Source of the DNA: Felis catus
Lineage: Eukaryota
Assembly: GCF_018350175.1 (NCBI RefSeq)
Contig: NC_058368.1
Span: forward strand, 149,732,001 to 149,796,000
Length of the DNA stretch: 64,000 bases
Direction of reading: 5' to 3'
Shown here: positions 1 to 12,469 of the stretch, piece after piece
Layout: every line of letters starts with the position of its first letter
Position numbering within the stretch: the stretch's first letter is position 1
Position numbers and translations under genes: made by a program
Notes under the pieces: model-generated
Told to the model about the DNA's origin: nothing
The model's input: only the letters and a program-made list of their open reading frames with translations
The model's database searches: none

Positions 1-1204
1 AAATATGTGACAGGAAACCATCAAAACCCTAGAGGAGAAAAAGGCAGCAACCTCTTTGACCTCAGCCGCAGCAATTATTTGCTCAACATATCTCTGAAGG
101 CAAAGGAAATACAAGCAAAAATGAGCTATTGGGACCTCATCAAAATAAAAATCTTCTGCACTGCAAAGGAAACAATCAACAAAACTAAAAGGCAACCAAC
201 AGGATGGGAGAAGATATTTGCAAATAGATAAAGGGTTAGTATCCAAAATCTATAAAGAATTTATAAACCCAACACCCGAAAAAGAAATAATCCAGTGAAG
301 AAATGGGCAGAAGACATGAATATACACTTTTCCAAAGAAGACATCCGGGTGGCCAACAGACCCACGAAAAGATGCCATCATCACTCATCATCAGGGAAAT
401 ACAAATCAAAACCACATTGAGATACAACCTCACACCAGTCAAAGTGGCTAAAATTAACAACTCAGGAAACAACAGATGCTGGCGAGGATGTGGAGAAACA
501 GGAACCCTCTTGCATCATTGGTGGGAATACAAACTGGTGCAGCTGCTCTGGAAAACAGTGTGGAGGTTCCTCAAAAACTTAAAAATAGACCTACCCTACG
601 ACCCAGCAATAGCACTACTAGGAATTAATCCAAAGGATACAGGAGTGCTGATTCATAGGTGCACATGTACCCCAGTGTTTATAGCAGCACTTTCAACAAT
701 AGCCAAATTATGGAAAGAGCCCAAATATCCATCAATTGATGAAGAGATAAAGAAGGTGTGGTTTATATATACAGTGGAATACTACTTGGCAATGAGAAAG
801 AATAAAATCCTGCCATTTGCAACAATGTTGGTGGAACTGGAGAGTATTATGCTAACTAATAATAAATCAGTCAGAGAAGGACAACTATCACATGTTTTTA
901 CTCATATTGTAGAACTTGAGAAACTTAACAGAAGACCATGGGGGAAGAGAAGGGGAAAAATAGTTTCAAACAGAGAGGGAGGCAAACGATAAGAGACTCT
1001 TAAATACAGAGAACAAACTGAGGGTTGATGGGGGTGGTGGGGGAGAGGGGGAAATGGATGGTGGGCATTGAGGAGAGCACTTGTTGGGATGAGCACTGGG
1101 TGTTGTATGTAAGTGATGAATCACGAGAATCTACCCCGAAAACCAAGAGCACACTGTATACACTGTATGTTAGCCAACTTGACAATAAATTGTATTTAAA
1201 AAAA
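1..1204 (+). mobile_element. LINE-1 (carnivore/felid type) 3' portion: degraded ORF2 C-terminus, 3' UTR and poly(A)
   Basis: ORFs 7-231 and 303-992 give L1 ORF2 motifs ([35 protein letters not shown], zinc knuckle with its last Cys lost; LPYDPAIALLGI) across frameshifts. G-rich 3' UTR, AATAAA at 1184-1189, A tail. Confidence 0.95.
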
Positions 1205-1281
1205 GAGAGAGAGAGAGAGTCATATGCTTAACTGAGTCACCCAGCCATTCCCCCTTTTTTAAATTACCTGCTATTTAAACA

Positions 1282-1485
1282 TTTTTTTAAATATTTAGTC
1301 ATTTTTGAGAGGGAAAGAGAGAAACAAGCATGAGCGGGGGAGAGACAGAAAGAGAGGGAGACACAGCAGGCTCCAGGCTCTGAGTTGTCAGCACAGAGCC
1401 TGACTTAGGGCTGAAACCCAAGAACCATGAGATCATGACCTGAGCTGAATTCAACCCTTCAACCAATTGAGCCACTCGGCACCCC
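1282..1485 (-). mobile_element. SINEC (Can-SINE)
   Basis: Reverse-complement tRNA-derived head, (AG)n, T-rich tail. Confidence 0.9.
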
Positions 1486-1516
1486 ATCTGTCATATTTTA
1501 AAGACTTAAATTCTTT

Positions 1517-1735
1517 TTTTAAATTTTTTTAACATTTATATATTTACTTTTGAGAGACAGAGACAAAGCGTGAGCAGGGGAGGAGCAGAGAGAGAGCGAG
1601 ACACAGAATCCGAAGCAGGCTCCAGGCTCTGAGCTGTCATCACAGAGCCCGACGTGGGGCTTGAACTCACAAACTGCGAGATCATGACCAGAGTCAAAGT
1701 CAGACGCTTAACCGACTGAGCCACCCAGGTGCCCC
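1517..1735 (-). mobile_element. SINEC with TSD
   Basis: Full-length; TSD taaagacttaaattcttt at 1499-1516 and 1736-1753. Confidence 0.95.
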
Positions 1736-3205
1736 TAAAGACTTAAATTCTTTAGGCAGAGTCAGTAGCTTCGAGAGAATATTGCTGCTTATATTATAGA
1801 CATGTAGACGTTTTAAAGGTATTCTTTGATATTGATTTCTAATTATCCCATACTTTGGTAAGAAAGTGTATCTGCCTGATATTAATATTTAGAACCTGTT
1901 GAAGCTTCATCCCTGGCCTAGTACATGACAGTTTTTGAATATTCTGTACAATCTCAAAAATGTTATGTAGTCTCAGCTTTTTGAAGGATGTGCTTGCGCT
2001 CCCTAGTTCACACCAAAATCTTAAGGATTTCTTATGTGACAGTATTGCATATCATCTTGTACATACATACATTAATCAAGCATATACGTGGTGCCCTACA
2101 TATACACTAGTTGAGTCAACTGTGATGCCCTGAGAAAAGTCATAGGTAGATTCTGCTCTCCTGTTCATTACGAACTTGAAAGAATAAACTTCTCTAAATG
2201 TCATCCAAAGCATGTTCAGGAATTTTGCCAGGAGGACAGCAGAGTAAAGGAAATGTGTCCAGAGCATATGTGTAAAAATGCATTTCCTTCAATCCTAGTG
2301 TATACTGTAAAGGACATAGAGAACACTCTATCAGAAGAATCACTCTGACAAAGGATACTGTTCAAAATCGAACTATATATCACAAAGCATTCTTCAGTGT
2401 TTGTCATGAGGCCAACGTATTCTTCCTGAAGTTGTCATGCTCCCTTAAGGTTTACAGAGAATACGGTATTGATAAATGAAGTTGCAATGTAAAAGAAGAC
2501 ATTTAGTCCTTGCATCGTCTAGTAATCACCAAAAGGGGATGACATAAAAACTGTTTGAGAACCAATCTGTAACCAAAGCATGCAACCTATTAAAAAGTTC
2601 CGTTATTGATTTCACTAGATTTCCTATTAATGTCTCTGAAGAACCCAGAGCTTACAAATCCAGAATTGTTTCTGTTACTATAGGAAAAAATATTTTAAAA
2701 GATTATTCAAATGAAGTCAGCTTGGAGCCTAGAGAAATACATTGTCTGTGATACTACTAAAAGTAAGACCAAATAGTGAGGAGGAATACATAAAGACCAG
2801 GAGTAGATTATGAACGAGACCCTTTAAATAGCAGTGAAATTCAGCTCCTATAGACAGTCAACTGTTTTCTTTTCTTTCTGGAAGAAAATTCTTTGTAAAA
2901 CTTGACCTTGCTGCATCTCTGATGGTGAATTCAACACTGCAGTCTTTGCTCGGGGTTTACAACCACACAATTGTCTATAAGACAGAAAGGCCTATACTTT
3001 GGTCTTAACATTAGAAATTGCTTGTCTGAGAATATATGTTTGCTCCACATTCAGACAGCAAACTCACAAACAAACTTTTAGACAGCAATGCATGGCTAAA
3101 ATGGGAACTGACTACATTAATTTTACCAGACAGAGAAATTTTTCACTCAGGATAATGATGAGTCATCACATCACATTGCTTCATGGTTTAAGAAACTGAT
3201 GTCCT

Positions 3206-3398
3206 GGGGTGCCTGAGTGGCTCAGTCAGTTAAGTGTTGGACTTCAGCTCAGGTCATGATCTCGCAGTTTATGGGTTCGAGCCCCTCATTGAACTGTTAG
3301 TGTGGAGTCTGCTTGGGATTCTCTCTCTACTTCTCTGTTTCTCCCCCACTCATGCTCTCTATCTCAAAATAAATTAAAAAAAAAAAAACTAGAAAAAA
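3206..3398 (+). mobile_element. SINEC
   Basis: ggggtgcctgagtggctcag head, (CT)n, A tail; imperfect TSD aagaaact(g)atgtcct. Confidence 0.92.
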
Positions 3399-3490
3399 AG
3401 AAACTATGTCCTGTCCTGAAAAAGTTAATTATTACATTCTACCAAGAAATTCAAATGCCAAGGAAGTAGTTTACAGATTAGAACAGTCCT

Positions 3491-3704
3491 TGGTCACCTG
3501 GGTGGCTCAGTCAGTTAAGCAGCCAGCTCTTGGTTTCCGCTCAAGTAATGATCTCATGGTTCTTGAGTTTGAGCTCCACATGAGGTCCCCACTCACAGTG
3601 CAGAACCTGCTTGAGATTCTCTCTCTGTCCCTCTCTCTCTACCCCTCCCCTGCTCTCTCTGTCTCTCTCTCTCAAAAATAAATAAGTTTAAACTTAAAAA
3701 AAAA
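3491..3704 (+). mobile_element. SINEC
   Basis: cctgggtggctcagtcagttaag head, (CT)n, aataaa, A tail. Confidence 0.92.
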
Positions 3705-3863
3705 ATTAAGACCAGTCCTACCATTTTCTAATGTAAACTCTGAAATATGCTGTCCAAGGCCTATGGAAGTTAATGTCTGTGGGTTTGGGTGGTGTGGGGA
3801 CACATACCCACTAATTTCTTACAGATATGAGTATGTGCGTGGTACACATGCATGCACACGCGT

Positions 3864-3905
3864 ACACACACACACACACACACACACACAAATATACACA
3901 CACAT
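3864..3905. repeat. (CA)n microsatellite
   Basis: Direct inspection. Confidence 0.9.
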
Positions 3906-5859
3906 TGCCAAAATGGAAAAAGAATTTTTTTTCTCCTCAAGAGCAGCAGCTAATTTTTTCAGTGTCACGAGTTGCAGAGAGAGAGGCAAAGAGCACTGGT
4001 TATAATAGAACTTCCCCTCTTTTCCATAATGTTTTATGACTGCCATGAATTTACAGAAACTATGTAGTGCCCTTGCTTCGACAGCTGATGTTCCAAGCAA
4101 TGCCATATGTAGGGAATAATTTCCTAGACCTAGTTACCAAGAACATCCAAAGTAATAGTTTGATTTAGATCTAAGATACTTAAGATTTAAAGTTGCAAAA
4201 GGAAAAAAGCAAATAACCAGAAACAAAACAAAACAAAAAACAAAAACAGTGATTAATTCTGTCATTTGCTTCAATCCAACAGGATAAATTAAGAACATCC
4301 TGAATGCCTTCACTTGTTCTATCAAAGCTTTCAAGGGTTCTGGAATGCAATTGCCATAACAAAACAAACAGAAGTTACATGAAAAGAATTTAAATTTGTT
4401 CCCTAAAGCTGAGGTGAAAGAATGGTCAGGAGGATTTTCACTCATGAGGGGAAAACATGACTAAAAATAAGATGTATCAACAATTAAATAATGCTCTAAG
4501 TTATATATAATAGTTTAGAATAAATAAATTCTTACTGGCTTTTAAAATTAACACTGTTGAGTTGTTAGAGAAATTTTTTTAAATTACCCATTTCATCCTT
4601 AAAAATAAACTTATAAATCTATATCACAGATCATAGAAGCCAAAAAACAAGTGATTAAATAAGTTAACCTAATGTACCTATATTCCAGAATATTGTGCTT
4701 CAGTTTTACCTATAACATTATTTGAGTTACTGTGTACTATCAGAATACATAAAAAATTCATATGCATTATAAGCAGGTATATTAGAAATAGAATATGTAC
4801 ACATTTATAAGACACTTGATTGAATCGGTTGTTTTAGTCAAGAAATATTTACTGAACATCTACCAAGTGCCAGGCATGGTGATAGACATCTTCAAATTGA
4901 AACTTTAAATTACTTATATTTTGTTATCTTTCTGAGGAAAATCTGTGCTATTTTAACTTATTTCACAGATACAAAGTCTTATTTTAAGAAATGCTCACTT
5001 TTTTATCATACAGATACATTTTTATTCAATGATTTTTAAATGATAATATCAAATTCACATGTTATGCTGATGTGGCTTTAAGACACAAAAACTTAAATGC
5101 AAAAAGCAAAAGAACTGCTTAGTAATAACAGAATAAGTCTAAGTTCAGTTATTTAACAAATATTTATTCAATACTTACTCTGATCCAGGAATTGTTTTAA
5201 GCCCTGAGAATACAGTTAACAGAACAGAGATCCCTGCCTTCATGGAGCTTAGATGGCACTGTTATGCAACACAAAAGAATGAATTTGCAGTTTTCCTTAT
5301 TATCTTCGCCATAAGCTTTTAGAACTTTGATTACCACATCTTGCAATCAGACCACATCCCGTCCTTCATGAACTGTTAATAAATATTAATAAAGGGACTT
5401 AATTGTCCTAAAGAAAGAAAGCCTGTTATTCTGTTGTTTTCATTAACTATAACGCAGGTGGACAACTGTGAGTCAGATGCATTATTGGAAGTTGTTAGTT
5501 GATTTTTATAGAAATAAAATTACATTAAGGACCTTAAAAGTAAAAGAGTGTCACCAGTGTAAGAAAATGGGTTTTGAAGGTGTTCCTATGTGGTTGATTT
5601 ATTTTAGAAATAGGTTTGTAATCTTTATAAATAACAATTACTAATTGTTCCACTTGCATAACATATAATTAAAAGAAAGATTTATGCCTCCAACACTATT
5701 ACAGTAGCAGAAAAAAATGTCCAGCCATAGGGCTAGAAACTGGGAATTGGCTTTGGTTTACATGATAATTATACTACTAACACCTAGAAATAATATCGGC
5801 CATATTTATAGCTTACTCTTACTTAAAATGAATCATTGTAACTAATTAACCTTTTTAAA

Positions 5860-6050
5860 CACCAACATTGCCATGCACTGTGCATTTCAAAAACATCATC
5901 TTTAATCTTCACAGTAAGATTCCCTACAACGTGGGCATTATTCTTCCACTTTACTGATGAGAAAACTAAGACCAAGGGAGGTGAAATGACCTGTCCAAGA
6001 CCATAGAGCAAAGACAGAATTCAGGATACGCATCTTGAATCACTGTATCC
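5860..6050 (-). mobile_element. MIR
   Basis: Core motif ttactgatgagaaaactaagacc...gaggtgaaatgacctgtccaag. Confidence 0.75.
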
Positions 6051-6076
6051 TTTGCTCCCAGAAGTGCCAAACTCAT

Positions 6077-6122
6077 CGTGCATCAAGTATACTTCAATAA
6101 AGTTTGAAACAAAGAAAAAAAA
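6077..6122 (+). mobile_element. 46-bp poly(A) retroposed fragment (probably the extreme 3' tip of an L1) with a 15-bp TSD
   Basis: TSD aagtgccaaactcat at 6062-6076 and 6123-6137; internal AATAAA at 6096-6101 and A tail. Confidence 0.85.
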
Positions 6123-9100
6123 AAGTGCCAAACTCATTGGTTACTATTTAGCCTACCAGGCTCAGACCTAAATATCAAAGTATAAAGTCTGTAGCACAGT
6201 GTATAATTCAGCTAATAGAAGAAGCACAAATAATTTGAAAAAATCAAGTATATTAGGGTCTGAGACATTTAGAGATTAGCTATTTCATTGGCTTTCTACT
6301 TAATTTAACTTTTCTTCACATTCATCCAGAGAAAGGAATGAGACTGAAAGCACAGATAATAACAGCTCTTAGTCATTGTTATTTTGTTATGAATGTACCT
6401 GGGGAAAACCTTCTCTTGAATTCTCTGAGGTAGGATTCTCAGAAAACCCTGTACTGTGACCAATGGGCTGAAATAAAAAATAAAATAGAATAAGAATAAG
6501 AATAATAACCATAAGCCAGAGTCATAGTTTCTTAAACTATAACTGAGTGTAACTAAGTAATGGAGAGTAACCAGTTCCCCAAATTCTATTCCTCCTCTCC
6601 CTGCAGTATCACACTAGCTTCCCTAGTCCATCTGTATAAGAAGAATAATTTACCTGTACATAGAAGGGAAAGAAGTTACTTTTTCCATTGCCAGTGCCTT
6701 TTGGAGGCTATCCTAACACAAAAATGCATGTTTTGGGTGGTCTATACTTGTAATGTTTTTCTTAGGTATGAATGAAAATACTCATACAGCAACTAATGGA
6801 GTGTGCAGAAGTATTTCTCAATGAAGTCTCATAGTCTAGATTTTAGACTTTAGAGAAACAGCTGGAATTTAGATTTGATAAATAGACGCTTAAGTATAAA
6901 CTTTGGCAGTAGACTTTGCCATGGTATATATTCAAGACAGCAATTTCAAAATCCATTTGCCTTATTTTGTAAGCAGCTGTGGATGGAGCTGTTTCAAAAT
7001 GAATGAGATTCATTCAAATCATTTCCTCCACCCGAAGAACCTGACCTTGACAGACGTGGACTAAACGAATCTAACCTGTTTTTCAGTATCAGGATCTACT
7101 GGGAATCCATCCAACCAAGAAGAAATAACAACTGTTCGGTAGAGGAGAAGCAAAATGACAAACAGCAGAGCCCAGGGAAAACATAGTTCAGAGAGACACA
7201 CTGGTCTCAGTCACAAGTAGGCTGCGTTTATAGGAATACTCAGTCCCAAACCAACATTTGACTAAAGCTACAGAAAAGAGGACAGTGAAATATGTATCTG
7301 GAAAGAAAAAAAAAATTGACCTTTCTTTCAATTGTTTAGTAAGTCCTTCAGAGGTGTGGTCTGGCTGAATGCCAAAAGCAACAGGGAGAATTTCTGGCAA
7401 ATATTTTGTCATCCTGTACCTGAAGGCTTGTATATCTGTATGATAGGCTTGTGTTGGGGTAGCCCTGAGGCAGAAAGGGCTCCTTAAAAAAAACAACAAC
7501 AAAAAAGTTTGAGACAGAGGTAATGCCAATACTGGAAACTCTAGACTAAGAGTGAGGCAAGAAAAGAAATGATACTTTCATTTCTTCTTTCTAATAAATA
7601 TTGACATATAGACCTTCATAATATACTTAAATGGAATTTTTCCATAAGTTTGCAAGGAAACTGAGCCTCTGGAAAATATAAAGATACCTTTATATAAACT
7701 CTAAAACCATGGGAATGAAGCAGTTAACAAAACAAAGATTTTCTGCCTTCGTTTTGAAAAGGAAAGGCATTGTCTGAAAGAAGAGAGGGTGTATGTTCTA
7801 CTGTGCAGAACCCAAAATGTTTCTTCTTTTTACAACCCAAGAACATGTCAACTTTAACATTGCTTTTCCCCTTGCCTTACAATAAAATTAATTTGATTTG
7901 TTATGTGTAAATGACATACACTGTTTCCTGAATTATGTTATTTGAGAAACATTAGAAAAGCCTCTCAAAATTTGCCCCATGAGGCTGGTATTTCATGGTT
8001 CATTGGCTTGTCATTCCCAAAGATAAACAATTAAAACACACCAATATTTCCAAGGGGATAATTCATTAGATTATTATGTAACATCCCCTTTCCTTGATGA
8101 TATGTACACTAGCCTACATTCATAGTAGCAGCTTTCTGAGAGGAAATCCAGTCGGTTGTAAGGTACAGATAAAGTTTGATTAGAAAGAAAAGTAAGGAAG
8201 GCAGAGATGGATTTCATTGACTTTTTCAGCTAGAGAGATTCCAAAATCAGGGACAAAAATATACATGCACAAAATCAAATAGACCTGAAAATATATTTCC
8301 AGCCAAAAATATTTGCCATAAATAGAAAGGAGCAATAAATATTAATACAGTAGAATAATATATGGTAATTTGTGTTAGCCAGTTTCCTACTGGATGAGAA
8401 CTGCCCGAAATGTGTTCTGCCTTGTTAAAATGGAGGATTTGAGAAGTTTAGACACAGATTAACACTGAACTACAACTTCTTCCTTGATATATTCACAAGG
8501 ACTGAGAGATGCTTGCAAAGAAAATGAAAGGATCTTTATGTGATTCAGTATTAATTTGTGCCATATCCATGAACCTCATGTCATGCCTGGTGCCTCTAAC
8601 TGTCATCTTGGATATTATCATTGGTGGATGTTGCACACTTCCAGAAAACACTGCTTTGTAGTATTTTTCATTAATAAACTGAGTTATATAATACTTAAAT
8701 TCCATTGGATAATGGTGATTAAATTTCAGGCTCCCAAAACAGACTAATTACCTGATTGGACTGATTTAATGCTGATTTTTAAGAGAAAGATTTAGGAATC
8801 ATAGCAATCTGGCTTAGGTGGATGATCATTATCTTTAGGAATTGATTTGTGGCCCTCAAAGCACCTGGCATGGGAGTGGACTGGTCCAGGGGCCTCATCC
8901 TACTGGGGTCTTGGCTACTGACCAATCCGTGATCTAGTCCAGAAATATGTGTACATCCCATGCTCTCAGCATTTGGATTCTGCTGGCCTCCATTGTCTAC
9001 AGCTGGGAGCAGAGCAAACTTTTGGAGGATGAAATAGAGTAAAAACATGTTTCTACAACTGAAATACCTAAATACCCCAAAATATTTCATATGGAAAATA

Positions 9101-9297
9101 ATTATTAAATATAAAGGACATTTTATTCCAGTGACTTACTGGATACTGAACTACTTGAAATTATGGACTACATACCATAATACTAACTCTTGACTGCTTA
9201 CAGCAGCAATGGGCACATCCAGTGCCCAAATCTTGGTTTCTAATACCTTTCTCCAATAAAGAAACCAGAATCCTTGGGAAAATGATTGATTCTTTAG

Positions 9298-9802
9298 GAA
9301 GAATGCCTCCCCTCCGCAAAGATATCCACATCCTAATTCCCAGAATCTGTGAATACGTTATTTGAAATGGCAAAAGGGAATTAACGTAGGAGAGTTGGTT
9401 TAAGGTTGCTAATCAACGAACTCTAGTATAGGAAGATAATCATGAGTTTTCCATGTAGGCTCAATGTAATCACAAGGATCCTTAAATGTGAAGAGGGAGA
9501 CAGAAGAGGAGAAGCAGAAAGATGGCAGCATGAAATGGAACCAAGTTGCCATTACTGGCTTTCAAGATGAAGGAATGGGGCTGTGAGTCAAGGATGTCAG
9601 CAGACTCTAGAAGATAGAATAAGGAAAGTAAGAAATCTTCTAGATCCTCCAAAAGGAATGCAACCCTGCCCACATCTCAATATTACCTCAGTGAGATCTG
9701 TCTTGGAATTCTGACCACCAGAATCATAAGGTAACAAATTTGTGTTGTTTAAAGCCACCAAGTTTGTGTTAAGTTTTTACGGTAGTAATAGTAAACTAAT
9801 AC
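9298..9802 (+). mobile_element. MLT1 (ERVL-MaLR) solo LTR, MLT1D-like
   Basis: aaagatatccacatcctaattccc start; tgtgttgtttaaagccaccaagtttgtg...aaactaatac end. Confidence 0.85.
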
Positions 9803-9880
9803 TGTTAGGAAATATACAACAGGACCCTACAACATCCTTAGTGCCAGAAAGTAACGAAGTGTTTAAAACTCTCACAAACA

Positions 9881-10066
9881 GGGGTGCCTGGGTGGCTCAG
9901 TCAGTTAAGCATTGGACTTTACCTCAGGTCATGAACTCACAGTTTGTGAATTTGAGCCCCTCGTCAAGCTGGTTTCGGTCAGCACAAAGCCCACTTCAGA
10001 TCTGGTGTCCCCCTCTCTCCCTGCTCTGACCCCACTTGTGTGCTCTCTTAAAAATAATTAAACATT

Positions 10067-10110
<44 letters not shown>
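9881..10110 (+). mobile_element. SINEC followed by a (CA)~20 microsatellite
   Basis: SINE head at 9881; CA run at 10070-10110. Confidence 0.92.
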
Positions 10111-10111
<1 letters not shown>

Positions 10112-10951
10112 CTACCCACACACCAAGGAGGTATGCCATAGGGACATAGACACAACTTGAGCAACCAAATAAGTAACATAGTGTTGCTATAACCCTAAAT
10201 ATAAAACAAATATTCATGGCATTCTGATATAAATAAATACATACATACAAATATCCATGAAAAATTCCAAATAATTCTGTAGATACTCAGTCTGTCCTCA
10301 AGGAGAGGGAGTAGGACAACCCAATCTTTAAGTGTGGGTTGCACATAGTGACTTCCTTCCAAAGAATATGGTATGGAAAGGGGGAAAAGAAAGTAACTTC
10401 CCAGTGGAGAAATTTGACAAACACATCAGCCAGATGATCAAGGTTAACATTAACAGGGATAAGTCATGCTGACAGCATCTACTCTTGATACAGTGTGATG
10501 AGAATGGCACCTTGCCTCTATAATCTTCCTCTTCAAAATTCAGTCTCTTAATCTTATTATGAGAAAAACTTCAGACAGACCCCAACTGAGGGAAATTCTA
10601 CAGGGTACCTGAACAATATTTCTTAAAACTGTCAGGGTCATCAACAATATGTAAAGTCTGAGAAACTGTCACAGACATAAAGCGATTATGATATATAACT
10701 AAATGTGATGAGGTATCCTGCATGGGGTTCTGAAACAGATAAGACATTGGGTAAAAAATTTAAACGTCTGAACAAAGTATGGACTTTAGTTAAAAATAAT
10801 GCTTCAGGATTCTTTTGTTAGTTGTACCAAATGTACAATACCAATGTCAGATGCTAACAGTAGGGGAAAGTGGGTATAGAGTATAATGGAATTCTCTACT
10901 ACTTTTGTAACTTTTCTGTAAATGTAAGGCCATTCTAAAATGGAAAAGTTA

Positions 10952-11166
10952 GGGGTGCCTGGGTGGCTCAGTTAGTTGAGGTCTGACTTCGGCTGAGGTC
11001 ATGATCTCGTGGTTTGTGAGTTCAAGCCCTGCATCAGACTCTGTGCTGACAGCTCAGAGCCTGGAGCCTGCTTCGGATTCTGTGTCTCCTCCTCTCTCTG
11101 CCCCTCCCATGCTCATGCTCTGTGTCTCTCTGTCTCTCAATAATAAATAAATGTTAAGAAAAAAAA
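10952..11166 (+). mobile_element. SINEC
   Basis: Full-length; TSD aatggaaaagtta. Confidence 0.95.
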
Positions 11167-11180
11167 TTAATGGAAAAGTT

Positions 11181-11274
11181 ATTTTTTATTTTTTTATTTT
11201 ATTTTTTTTCTTTTTAAGTTTATTTGCGAGAGAGGGAAAGAGAGAGTGAGAGCAACCACGAGTGGGGGAGGGGC

Positions 11275-11323
<49 letters not shown>

Positions 11324-11449
11324 CTCAAGCAGGCTCCATGCTGTCAGCACAGAGCCTGATTCAGGGCTCAAACCCACAAACCATGAGATCATGACCTGAG
11401 GCAAAAGCAATAGTCAGACGCTTAACTGACTGAGCCACCCAGGTGCTCC
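11181..11449 (-). mobile_element. SINEC with long (AG)n
   Basis: Full-length, reverse strand; TSD aaaagttatttttt. Confidence 0.95.
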
Positions 11450-12014
11450 AAAAAGTTATTTTTTAAGTGGCAGAAAGATTTCAGGGAGAGAAATGTTTCA
11501 TGAAAGATGTTAAAGGAAGTAATAACTGGTTTGGTGATTAATTGGATAAAGCAGATAAAAACATAATGAATGAGTCATAGATTGTTGCCAAAGTTTTAGG
11601 CTTAAATTGTAGAGAGAATGTAATGCCAGTGACAAAGAGGAAAAGTGAAAAAGGAAGCTTGCTGGTAGTTGAGCAAATGGTAATCTGAGACCAAAGTGGA
11701 TAATTCAAGTGTAAATATAATCAGCAGCTGGAGATAAAGAATTTGATTTTGGATGAAAGTTCATGAATGGGAATGTAGATTTAGATTTAATCAACAGACC
11801 AGCAAATATACACGGAATAACTGCTGATAAGACCCTGTATGGAGAAGGAAAAGGGAGTATAGGCTAAAGTGGAAATCACCAGAGAACCAAGGTTTATATC
11901 TACATAAAGATAACAACAGAAAATGATGCAAAAACGTGCAGTGTAGGTGTTCAGTATAGTGGCCTGAGCCTGCACACTTTTTCAGGGTAAATGGGATCAT
12001 TGAGGACACAGATA

Positions 12015-12392
12015 GTGTTATAAACAGAATATTTGTGTCCCCCTAATATTCATGTGCTGAAGCCCTTACCTCCAGTGGCTGTATTTGGGGCCACTAAGGA
12101 AGTAATTAAAGTTAAATGAAGTGCTAAGAGTGGAACCCTGATCCAATAGGATCAGTGTCTTTATAAGAAGAGACACCAGAGAACTCTTTCTTTCTCTTTT
12201 TCCTTGAGCACGCACTAAGCCATGTAAGGATGTAATGAGAAAGCAGCCATCTGCAAGCAAGGAATAGAGCTCTAACCAGAAACCAAATTGGCTGAAAGCT
12301 TGATCTTAGACCTAGAGCCTCTGGACCTGTAAGAAAATAGATTTCTGTTGTTGAAGCCTGTGATATTTTGTTATGGAAGTCTGAGCAGCCTA
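12015..12392 (+). mobile_element. MLT1A-like solo LTR
   Basis: gaatatttgtgtcccc...gtaattaaagttaaatgaag...ggaaccctgatccaataggatcagtgtctttataagaagagacaccagaga. Confidence 0.85.
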
Positions 12393-12469
12393 AGAGGCCA
12401 AATGAGGAAATGGGAATTGGAGAGTAACAGGAAGAAAGCAATATAGCACCAAGGAAGCCAAGGAAAAAT

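Larger units (their letters stand above)
9190..10950 (+). mobile_element. Old L1 (L1MC-like) 3' UTR interrupted by an MLT1 LTR, a SINEC and (CA)n
   Basis: L1MC-type motifs (cccaaatcttggtttctaatacc; ttaagtgtgggttgcacatagtgacttccttccaaag; terminal ttttctgtaaatgtaa...aaaagtt). Confidence 0.7.

Noticed and set aside
303..992. 229-aa ORF as a host gene
   Set aside because: Frameshifted L1 ORF2 C-terminus with a mutated zinc knuckle; a dead retroelement.
2040..2700. Possible processed pseudogene in unique-looking sequence
   Set aside because: The frames examined gave short ORFs with no recognisable protein; no poly(A) or TSD seen.
3206..3290. SINE heads as tRNA genes
   Set aside because: These are tRNA-derived A/B boxes of Can-SINEs followed by (CT)n and poly(A), not cloverleaf tRNAs; the same applies to all copies.
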